A DNA stretch of 64,000 bases from an uncultured delta proteobacterium. GTDB taxonomy: Bacteria > Myxococcota_A > Polyangia > Polyangiales > B10-G4. Position 1 is the stretch's first letter; each line of letters begins with the position of its first letter. A program made the position numbers and the translations under genes. The notes under the pieces are model-generated. The model searched no databases. It saw only the letters and a list, made by a program, of their open reading frames with translations, and was not told the origin of the DNA. This document shows positions 1-8,122 of this stretch, piece by piece. Location: positions 96,001 to 160,000 of the forward strand of contig CAVSGI010000027.1 of assembly GCA_963727445.1 (NCBI GenBank), read 5' to 3'.

Positions 1-1336
1 GGATGCCGAGGGCCCACGCCGGGTTCGCCGTGAGCCAACGGAGCGCCTGGTCTTCGGTGATCGCGATCCCCACCCGTCTGCCGGCGGCCATCGCCTTGGC
101 GGCCTCCTGGTTGAGATGCTGGATGCCCTGCGCGGAGTCCGAGTGGACGATGCCGCGAACGCCCGCCTCGGTGAGGAGCGCGAGGTTTTCCGGGATCGCG
201 TCGTAGGCCTCGAGCTTGAAGCCCCACCAGTCCGCCCAGGTGCTGATCGCGACCTCTTCCTCCGCGAGGATGTCGCGGATCTTGTAGGCCTCCACCGCGT
301 GGTGGAAGGAGCGGATGTGGAAGCCGAACTCCTGACCGAGCTCGACCGCCCGCACCATCTCGTCCGCGCGGTAGCAGTGCATCTGCACCAGCACGCGCCC
401 CTCGATGACGCCGAGCAGAGCCTCGAGCGCGTGATCGCGCGCGGGCGGCGCCGGCTCGGGGCCGGGATCATCGGGAGAGTCCTCTTCCTCCTCGTCGCCG
501 TCCTCGTCCGACGGCGAGTCTTCATCCTCCTGCGCGTGCTCGAAGCGCCAGTGCTTCTGCTGCCAGATGCGATGGTTGTGCTGCCAGTCGCGGAAGCTCC
601 GCCCGTACTCCGCCGCGTCCTGGAAGGCCGCGCGATAGCCGGCGACGCTGCCCATGCGGGTCGAGGGCGCGGTGTTGCGGCCGCCGTAGACGCGCTTCGG
701 GTTTTCGCCGCACGCCATCTTCAAGGTCATGGGCGCTTCGTAGAGCAGCATCTCCGACGCCGAACGGCCGAGGTGCATCTTGAAGATCGCGCCGCGGCCA
801 CCGATCAGGTTCGCGCTGCCCGGGAGGACCTGAATGGTGGTGATGCCGCCGGCGATGGCCCGGGGCAGCGCCGGATCCTGCGGCCAGAAGGAGTCGGCGG
901 CCCAGACCTCGGCGGTCACCGGCGCGGTCGCTTCGTTGCCGTCCCGCGTCGCGTTCACGCCGGGCTGCGCGTAGACGCCCATGTGGGAGTGGGTGTCGAT
1001 GATGCCAGGGGTGACGTAACGACCCGAGACGTCGACGCGCATCGCTCCGTCGGGGATCGCGACCTCGTCCTCACTGCCCACGGCGACGAGCCGACCGTCT
1101 TGCATGATCACCACACCCGGCGACAGGACGTCGCCCGCCGCGGTCATCACCGTCCCGCCGACCAGCGCCACCAGCGGCGACTCGACCACGCGTTCGGGCC
1201 GGCGCGCGCTCTGCCAGGGCATCGGCGGCGAGCTGGGCTCGGGCGCCTCGTCATCGGCGCTTCGCGCGCCGGGAGTGCCGCCGCCGCATCCGAGCGACAG
1301 CGCAATCAGGACCGGGACCGAGAGGAGCTCACGCAT
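1..1336 (-). CDS. Amidohydrolase-family lipoprotein (3' end runs off the window)
   Basis: Manual minus-strand translation: MRELLSVPVLIALSLGC lipobox, VTPGIIDTHSHMG (HxH metal motif), LKMACGENPKRVYG, HCYRADE, HSDS...LTANPAWALG. Confidence 0.85.
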   Translation of the reverse strand, partial: MRELLSVPVLIALSLGCGGGTPGARSADDEAPEPSSPPMPWQSARRPERVVESPLVALVGGTVMTAAGDVLSPGVVIMQDGRLVAVGSEDEVAIPDGAMRVDVSGRYVTPGIIDTHSHMGVYAQPGVNATRDGNEATAPVTAEVWAADSFWPQDPALPRAIAGGITTIQVLPGSANLIGGRGAIFKMHLGRSASEMLLYEAPMTLKMACGENPKRVYGGRNTAPSTRMGSVAGYRAAFQDAAEYGRSFRDWQHNHRIWQQKHWRFEHAQEDEDSPSDEDGDEEEEDSPDDPGPEPAPPARDHALEALLGVIEGRVLVQMHCYRADEMVRAVELGQEFGFHIRSFHHAVEAYKIRDILAEEEVAISTWADWWGFKLEAYDAIPENLALLTEAGVRGIVHSDSAQGIQHLNQEAAKAMAAGRRVGIAITEDQALRWLTANPAWALGI

Positions 1337-1382
1337 CGGGCGCGGAGCATCGCACACGCGCGGGGGCAGCGGTATGCGGGCC

Positions 1383-2420
1383 TCAGCGGACGATCAGCTC
1401 TAGCTCGTAGTCGTGGTCGTAGGCGCGGACGAAGATCCGCCCTCCCCGCTCGATGATGTACATGGGGCCGGCGTCGAGGCGGTGACGGCTGAGGCGGCGC
1501 CCGGTGTGGCGGTCGAGCACGTAGAGGTCGTCCTTTTCGTTGGTGAAGCCGTAGCCGGTGACGACGACGTCCCCCACCACCGCGAAGGTGCGCGCGTTGG
1601 CCTCGAGAGGCGCGCTCCGCCACAGCAATGCCTGCTGGTTCATGTCGATGGCCGACAGATAGGCGTTGTGGCCGCCGGTGGCGGAGGCATAGGTGCGATG
1701 GGCGTTCGAGACGTAGAGGATGTCGCCGACCACCCAGGCGAAGGTGGTCTCCATCTCGGTCACGCCCGGACCGCCCGTGTATTGCGAAAGGTCGAAACAG
1801 GCGCGTATCTGAGCGTCGTCGGTCATCACCACCAGGAGCGACGCGACGGCCGCGGGACTTCGATTCGGGCGGTACAAGAGGATGGACAGGTCGGTCTGCG
1901 GCACGACCTCCGTGAGTCGATACCCGGACACGGTGGGATAGGCGCTCGGGTCGAGCGTGGCCGGGCGTCCCCAGCTCCTGAGCGCGGGATCGGTGAGATG
2001 ATTCGTCCGAAACCACGCCTCCTCGTCCGTGATGCGGTTTCGGCGGCTCGAGACGCGACGAAGGCGGGCCGTGTGCACCGGCGTGGGACGGCGCGCGAGG
2101 GTGCGGCGCATCGGCGGCGCAGGGAGCCTCACGGGCCTCGCCGCGTCGAGAGCGCGCTGTGCCGGGCTCGCCTCGGCGTCCGGCGCGACCGTGGGCGCTG
2201 GCCCTGCCTCAACGGGCGACGCGCCCGGCGCCACCGCGACGACCCCCGGTCCCGCATCGGGTGCGCGGTCGCTCTCCGCAGGCGCTTCCTCTGCGGGGTC
2301 ATCCCCCGCACGCGGCGCCTCGGCGCGCTGCGGCGGCATGCTTCGGCCGCGCTCGGGCGACTCCTGCCGTCCGCCGCCACACGCGGCGATCAGGACCATG
2401 ACTGCGCTCAGACGCACCAT
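1383..2420 (-). CDS. Lipoprotein with C-terminal PQQ-like beta-propeller segment
   Basis: MVRLSAVMVLIAAC lipobox; Pro/Ala linker; LSAIDMNQQALLWRS and LYVLDRHTGRRL propeller-type repeats. Confidence 0.65.
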   Translation of the reverse strand: MVRLSAVMVLIAACGGGRQESPERGRSMPPQRAEAPRAGDDPAEEAPAESDRAPDAGPGVVAVAPGASPVEAGPAPTVAPDAEASPAQRALDAARPVRLPAPPMRRTLARRPTPVHTARLRRVSSRRNRITDEEAWFRTNHLTDPALRSWGRPATLDPSAYPTVSGYRLTEVVPQTDLSILLYRPNRSPAAVASLLVVMTDDAQIRACFDLSQYTGGPGVTEMETTFAWVVGDILYVSNAHRTYASATGGHNAYLSAIDMNQQALLWRSAPLEANARTFAVVGDVVVTGYGFTNEKDDLYVLDRHTGRRLSRHRLDAGPMYIIERGGRIFVRAYDHDYELELIVR

Positions 2421-2468
2421 CGCCCCCAGAGAATAGCCGCGGCGGCCTTCCCCTGGTGTAATGAACGG

Positions 2469-3962
2469 ATGCAGCGAGTCGTCTTCTTCCTCTTCGCGTC
2501 GGTCGCCCTGCTTCAGGTCGCGGGCTGCGCTTCCGGTACCCGTCACACCGTCGGCGGTGACGGTGGTGACGCCGGGACCCCCGATGCGAGCCCCGACGCC
2601 ATCACGGTCGACAGCAACCTCGTCGACGGCTCGAGCTGTCCGGCAGGCGAGCTCCTCTGCGGCGACACCTGCGCCAACGTCGCCACCGATACGGCGAACT
2701 GTGGCTCTTGCGGTATGGCGTGCGCAGACGGCGACCTCTGCTCCTTCGGCACCTGTGTCCCGCCCTGCATGGCGCCCACGCCGACCTCCTGCGAGGGGAC
2801 CTGCGTCGATCTGATGACCGACGACGCGCACTGCGGCTCCTGCGACAACGCCTGCACGCCCACCGAAGCGTGCGACTCGGGCGCCTGCGTCTCGACCTGC
2901 GAGGCGGGCTTCGTCGGCTGCGGGTCCACCTGCGTCGATACCACCAGCGACCTGATGCATTGCGGCGGCTGCGACATGCCTTGCGCCACGGACGAGCGCT
3001 GCACCGCCGGCATGTGTCGCTCGAGCTGCTCGGACGGAACCGACGGCGCCTTCATGCCCACCGCGGACATGATGCTGACCTCCGGCACCTACCACTACAG
3101 CGAGGTGGTGATCCCGGCCGGGGTGACGATCACCGTCGCCGGGGACGTGCCGCTGATCATCACCGCCGACTCGGTGACCATCGGCGGCACACTCAATCTC
3201 TCCGGCGCCGACGGCCTCGACAGCGTGAGCGGCGGCGCCACCCTCCCCGACGGCGGCGACGCGGGCCCTGGCGGCGGTGGCGGCGGCGGCGGGGGAAGCT
3301 GCGGCAATGGCAGCGGCGCCGGCGGCAGCCCCAACGGCGGCGACCCCATCGTGTCCTCGGGCTCCAACACCCACGGCGGTCCTGGCGGCGCTGCTCAGGG
3401 GAGCGTCGCCGCGGTCTCCACCGGCGGTGGTTGGGGTCCGGGCGGCGGCGGCGGGGGCGGCGGCGCGAGCGCAGCGGGGACCGCGGGCGATCGCGTCGAC
3501 ACCACCTACGGCATCGGCGGCGCGCTCTTCAGCGACGCGATGATGACCCTCTTCACCGGCGGCGGGGGCGGCGCCGGGGGCGGCGCGAACGGCGGCGGTG
3601 GTGGCGGCGGCGGCGGCGCCACGCGGATCGACGCCGACACCATCACAGTCGAAGCGACCGGGGTCATCGACGTCAGCGGCGGGGGCGGCGGCGGCAAGAC
3701 CGGCGGCTCCTGCACCTCGGGCGGCGGCGGGGGCGGCGGCGGCGGCATAATCTGGCTCGAGGCCGCAGTCCTGACAATCGATGGCTCGCTCCTCGCCGCT
3801 GGCGGCGGCGTGAAGCCGCTGGACTCGGCCGCAGGCCTCAACGCGGCAGGCGGCGCGGGCGCCGACGGACGCATTCAGCTCTCGAGCCCGGACCTCACGA
3901 TGACCGGAACCGTCACGCCCGCCGCAGGATTGACGCGGATGGACCTGCCTGTCTGCGACTGA
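2469..3962 (+). CDS. Cys-rich (MXAN_6577/Stig1-like repeat) and Gly-rich lipoprotein
   Basis: MQRVVFFLFASVALLQVAGC lipobox; three C-x-[DN]-x2-[TS]D-x2-[HN]CG-x-C-x3-C repeats; long GGGGGG/GGAGG domain. Confidence 0.8.
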   Translation: MQRVVFFLFASVALLQVAGCASGTRHTVGGDGGDAGTPDASPDAITVDSNLVDGSSCPAGELLCGDTCANVATDTANCGSCGMACADGDLCSFGTCVPPCMAPTPTSCEGTCVDLMTDDAHCGSCDNACTPTEACDSGACVSTCEAGFVGCGSTCVDTTSDLMHCGGCDMPCATDERCTAGMCRSSCSDGTDGAFMPTADMMLTSGTYHYSEVVIPAGVTITVAGDVPLIITADSVTIGGTLNLSGADGLDSVSGGATLPDGGDAGPGGGGGGGGGSCGNGSGAGGSPNGGDPIVSSGSNTHGGPGGAAQGSVAAVSTGGGWGPGGGGGGGGASAAGTAGDRVDTTYGIGGALFSDAMMTLFTGGGGGAGGGANGGGGGGGGGATRIDADTITVEATGVIDVSGGGGGGKTGGSCTSGGGGGGGGGIIWLEAAVLTIDGSLLAAGGGVKPLDSAAGLNAAGGAGADGRIQLSSPDLTMTGTVTPAAGLTRMDLPVCD

Positions 3963-4018
3963 CCGGGGGCCTGGCGACGCACCGTCGGCTCCGTGACCCC
4001 TGCGCTGCGCGCGGTCTT

Positions 4019-4888
4019 CTACATGGGATCGGCACGCCAGATCACCGCGCCCATGTCCTCGCCCAGGCTCGGGATCGGCAAGACGCCGTAGGCGAACCAG
4101 CGACCGTTCACCAGCACCTCGCCGGTGTAGCCGCCGGGGCTCTTTTCGAGGCCCTGGGCGCGCGCGCTCGCGGTCCCCACGCCCTCGTTCATCTGCGCGT
4201 CGATCCCCTCGGGCGTGCCGAAGTGGAAGAGCTGATCGCCCTTGTAGAGATAGACCCAGAAGATGAGGTCGTTCACCTCACCAGCGTCGACCTGGAGCTG
4301 GCGCGTGAGCCGCTGCGCCTCGCGCCACAGCGGGATGCCCGCCACCGCCGCGCCCACCACCTCGCCATCGCGCTTCGAAGGCGCGACGAAGAGCATGGAG
4401 AAGCTCGACTCACCGCCCTCCTCGTTCGACTCGAACTCCACGAGCTCGTAGCCGGCTCGCCCCTCTTCGAGCGCGCGGCGCACCACGTCGAAGCGCTCCG
4501 CGAAGTTCTGTCCCTTCATGCGATCGTTTTCCGCGGTGCCGTCCCGCGCGATCACCACGCCGTCGCTTCCCACCGCTGCGAGGAAGCTCATCGGCGAGAC
4601 GATGAATTCCGGCACGCCCCGCGGCGGCTCCTGCACGTAGCGCAGCGCATAACGCATCTGCCGCTCCCGCTCCTCCGGCCCCTCGACCTCCGCCACGAAG
4701 CCGGGAGCCAGGCGCTCGGCCGCCTCCCGGATCCCGCTCCGGTGCTCCGTGCGGTCCTGGCGGATGAGCTGGGCGACGTAGCCCATGTGCTCGTCGTGCG
4801 ATCTCTTCTGCGCCTCGGTGGCGTTCCCGTCGCATCCGACGAGGAGCGCGCACGCGGCGGCGCAGACGATGGCGATCGGCCCTGTCAT
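4019..4888 (-). CDS. Lipoprotein, probable Cache-like periplasmic domain
   Basis: ALLVGC lipobox; FLAAVGSDGVVIAR and LFVAPSKRDGEVVGAAVAGIPL resemble Cache/PAS-like strands. Confidence 0.55.
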   Translation of the reverse strand: MTGPIAIVCAAACALLVGCDGNATEAQKRSHDEHMGYVAQLIRQDRTEHRSGIREAAERLAPGFVAEVEGPEERERQMRYALRYVQEPPRGVPEFIVSPMSFLAAVGSDGVVIARDGTAENDRMKGQNFAERFDVVRRALEEGRAGYELVEFESNEEGGESSFSMLFVAPSKRDGEVVGAAVAGIPLWREAQRLTRQLQVDAGEVNDLIFWVYLYKGDQLFHFGTPEGIDAQMNEGVGTASARAQGLEKSPGGYTGEVLVNGRWFAYGVLPIPSLGEDMGAVIWRADPM

Positions 4889-5103
4889 GGGCCGCGAGAC
4901 TATCCCCGGCATGGAAGTGCGGACAACGCCGCTCTCACGAGGTTCCGTAGCGTGAGGTTCGCTCGCCCAATTGCGTGAAAACTCACATCCTTTCGCTCCA
5001 GAGGACATATCCACTCCCCTCGGGTGGCGAGGCCCGGGGAGTGGGTGCTAAAGCGTCAGCGCCCGAGGGGGCCGAGCAGCCCTCAGGAACAGGGGAAACG
5101 TCG

Positions 5104-6177
5104 ATGATCAGGACCATCGAAATCACCGATCCGCGCCACGACCCGAAACACGAGGAAGGCCTCGTGGGCAAGCTCGCCCTGAAGCTGATCCGGGACAAGC
5201 GGGACATCCCGTTCATCGAGCTGATGCTCCAGCACACGCTGATCCAGATCCCCTTCGCGATCGCGCTCTTCGTGCCCGGCGTCTTCCGCTGGTGGCTGGC
5301 GGTCGGCTACGTGGCCCTGACCTTCGGGATGTTCTTCGACCGCTTCATCCTGATGCTCCACAACACGAGTCATCGGCCGCTCTTCAAGAGGGAATACGGG
5401 TTCCTCAACAACTACATCCCGTGGGTGATCGGCCCCTTCAACGGTCAGACGCCGGAGACCTACTACGCGCACCACATGGGCATGCACCACCCCGAGAACA
5501 ACCTCGAGGCGGACCTGTCGACGACCATGCCCTTCAAGCGCGACCGGCTCACCCACTGGCTGCGCTACTTCTTCCGCTTCTTCTTCCTCGCGATCATCGA
5601 GCTGCCCATCTACCACTACAAGCACAAGAACCGGAAAGCGATCCGGCGCCTGCTCACGGGCGAGGCGAGCTTCATCGCGATGTGCGTGCTCCTCGCCGTC
5701 TACGTCGATTGGCGCGCCACCCTGGCGGTCTTCGTGATCCCCTACATGCTCGCGCGCTTCCTGATGATGTGCGGCAACTGGGCACAGCACTCGTTCCTGG
5801 ACCCGCGGGATCCGAACAACCCGTACATCAACTCGATCACCTGCATCAACACACGCTACAACCGTCGCTGCTTCAACGACGGCTACCACATCGGCCATCA
5901 CGAGCGCGCCGCGCGTCACTGGACCGACATGCCGGCGGACTTCGAGAAGAAGCTCGACAAGTACCGCTCGGAAGGCGCCATCGTCTTCGACGGCATCGAC
6001 TACTTCCAGATCTGGTTCTTCCTGATGCTCAAGCGCTACGACATCCTCGCGAAGCACTTCGTCGACCTCGCCGAAGAGCCGCGCAGCCAGGAAGAGGTCG
6101 TCGCGCTCCTGAAGCAGCGTACCGACCCGATCCTCCGCACCGAGGACGAGATCGCCGCGGCGGCCGCCACCGCCTGA
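5104..6177 (+). CDS. Membrane fatty acid desaturase family protein
   Basis: His boxes HNTSH, HHMGMHH and HIGHH plus hydrophobic TM segments. Confidence 0.85.
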   Translation: MIRTIEITDPRHDPKHEEGLVGKLALKLIRDKRDIPFIELMLQHTLIQIPFAIALFVPGVFRWWLAVGYVALTFGMFFDRFILMLHNTSHRPLFKREYGFLNNYIPWVIGPFNGQTPETYYAHHMGMHHPENNLEADLSTTMPFKRDRLTHWLRYFFRFFFLAIIELPIYHYKHKNRKAIRRLLTGEASFIAMCVLLAVYVDWRATLAVFVIPYMLARFLMMCGNWAQHSFLDPRDPNNPYINSITCINTRYNRRCFNDGYHIGHHERAARHWTDMPADFEKKLDKYRSEGAIVFDGIDYFQIWFFLMLKRYDILAKHFVDLAEEPRSQEEVVALLKQRTDPILRTEDEIAAAAATA

Positions 6178-6312
6178 GAGCGCTCGACCCTCCGGATTGG
6201 TGAGACAGCCGACGGCTGAGCTCCCCGCCTTGGTGAGTCACGCTACCATTTCGTCGAAAAGACTGACGAAAGCGCGGTCCCGAGCGTCCGCTCCTGGTAG
6301 AACTTTCCAGCA

Positions 6313-7540
6313 GTGAACTGGGGGACGGCCTATACGAAGTGGCTTCGTCGTCGCGGCGTGGCCATCGCGGACATCGGCATTCACGTGCGAGTGGCCTCGC
6401 GCATCATGGCCGAGGTCGGCAACGACACGGTGGCGCCGAAGCACGTGGACGATGCCCGGGCGGAGGCGATCCGGCGCGGCTCGACCCCCGAGCAGCTCGA
6501 CTCCTTCGACGCGCTGGCCGGCGTGTTCATGGAGTTCAACGCCGATCCCCACGCGTACGAGGAGCCCGAGCCGGCGCCCGAAATCGACCTCGGCCCGATG
6601 GAGGAGGCCACGGATCAGATCGACCTCGGTCCGATGGAGTCGGGGTCGGCGGCCGCGACGGGAACCGAGACGCAGACAGAGACAGAGTCGGCTTCGGAAA
6701 CGGAGACGGACACGGAGTCGGAGACGGACGCGGCCCCGGAGACGGCTTCCGAGGCGGAGATGAACACGGCCGCGGAGACGGCTTCGGAGACGGAGACGGC
6801 CGCGGAGACGGCGGCGGCCGACGCGTCGCCCTCTCCCCACGCGGCGCGATCCTGTCGCTACTGCGGCGGCCCGGTCGCCATCGACTACAGCCAAGAGCGC
6901 CTCCTCATCGCGCTCGGCGTAGGGACGCTCCTCAGCGTGGCTCTCGGCTTCTTCCTCGGCACGCTCGGCACGGTCGCGCTGATCCTCCTCTGCGCCGCCG
7001 GCGCGGCCGGCGCGGGCGCGGCGCTGGTCGCCCATCGTTGCGAATCGTGCCGACGCGTGGTGGACACGAGGCGGCTCAAGACCGCGGAGGTCGCCCTGGT
7101 CGCGGCCACACGGAGGCGCTTCCGCGGTCTTGCGGCCGGCGCCGCGGTGGCGGGTGCGGCGATGGGCGTCGCGGGGGTGGTCGTCGCGGCGAACGCGGTG
7201 GACCCGCGGGACGCGCTCTTGTCGAACGCGGTCGAGACGGTCGCACACCGCATCGCATCGGATCAAACGCTTCGCGAGGAGAGCCTTCGCTACGACCCGG
7301 AGCTCGTGAACGAGTCCGTGATCATGACCTTCTTCAGCGACGATTACGCGGCGCACGCACCGCGCCCGCCCGACGGCATCGGGATTCTGCCGCTTCCCCC
7401 CCGAACGACCGTTCTGCGTCGTGGTGCGGGCGGGACAGGATGCCCACCGCATCCTTGTCGAAGGCTACGGCGCCAATCGCGAGACCATCGTCGCCCACCA
7501 GCAGCTGGAGGTCCTGCCCCCCGAGCGGCCAGCCGACTGA
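6313..7540 (+). CDS. Hypothetical membrane protein with acidic Glu/Thr linker and CxxC...HxCxxC zinc finger; +1 frameshift in C7 run at 7396-7402
   Basis: Removing one C gives ...LPPERPFCVVVRAGQDAHRILVEGYGANRETIVAHQQLEVLPPERPAD* ending at TGA 7538-7540. The 1177-aa ORF in the track is an artefactual fusion with the downstream peptidase. Confidence 0.6.
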
Positions 7541-7612
7541 GCGCACGAAACGCGTGCGTGTTCCGCACGAATCGCCTCGTGGCCGCCGCGCCTCGCGACC
7601 ATCGTGAGGGCC

Positions 7613-8122
7613 ATGACACGCATCACGGCCCTGGCAGCGCTTCCGCTGCTCCTCGCCTGCGCGGGCGACGCCGAAACGGCGCCGACCGAGCTCGTCTTCG
7701 AAGCCGCCGCCCCGTCCGGAGCAAGCGCCGTCTACCTCGACGGCACGCTCGACGAGGCGGGGCTGACCCTCCAGCTGTGGGTGCGGGACGCCGGCGACGT
7801 CTTCGGCGTCGCCGCCCACCTGATCCACGAGACCCCCGCCCGAGAGGTCGTCGCCGACCGGCCCCTCGGCTCCGACGACGAGGCCCTGCACCTGGTCGTC
7901 GACGCCCCGGGCGACCTCTCGGTTGGGGGCACTCGGCTCGCGCCCTCCCTCGGAGACGTGTCGATGGACGGCCCCACCCGGCTGGCCACGCTGACGCTCC
8001 CACCGCCGAGCGGCCCCACCACCTTCGCCGTGGAACGCATCACCATCCGGCGGAGCGACGGCACTTTCGTGCCGACTTCGGGCTACGGCGCCGCGGTGGT
8101 GGAGAGGGCGGTGTCCCGATGA
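7613..8122 (+). CDS. Cohesin-like domain lipoprotein
   Basis: LLLAC lipobox; LQLWVRDAGDVFGVAAHL...GDLSVGGTRL..G.VS.DGP..LATLTL...G.T..RSDG follows the cohesin beta-sandwich pattern. Confidence 0.65.
   Translation: MTRITALAALPLLLACAGDAETAPTELVFEAAAPSGASAVYLDGTLDEAGLTLQLWVRDAGDVFGVAAHLIHETPAREVVADRPLGSDDEALHLVVDAPGDLSVGGTRLAPSLGDVSMDGPTRLATLTLPPPSGPTTFAVERITIRRSDGTFVPTSGYGAAVVERAVSR

Noticed and set aside
116..1456. Long antisense or alternate-frame ORFs (e.g. 116-1456, 2708-4978, 38202-40679, 45596-47848)
   Set aside because: Arg/Gly/Ala-rich shadow ORFs typical of high-GC DNA, overlapping better-supported genes
6249..6312. Hammerhead-like CTGACGA motif in an intergenic region
   Set aside because: No properly placed GAAA or closing stems were found
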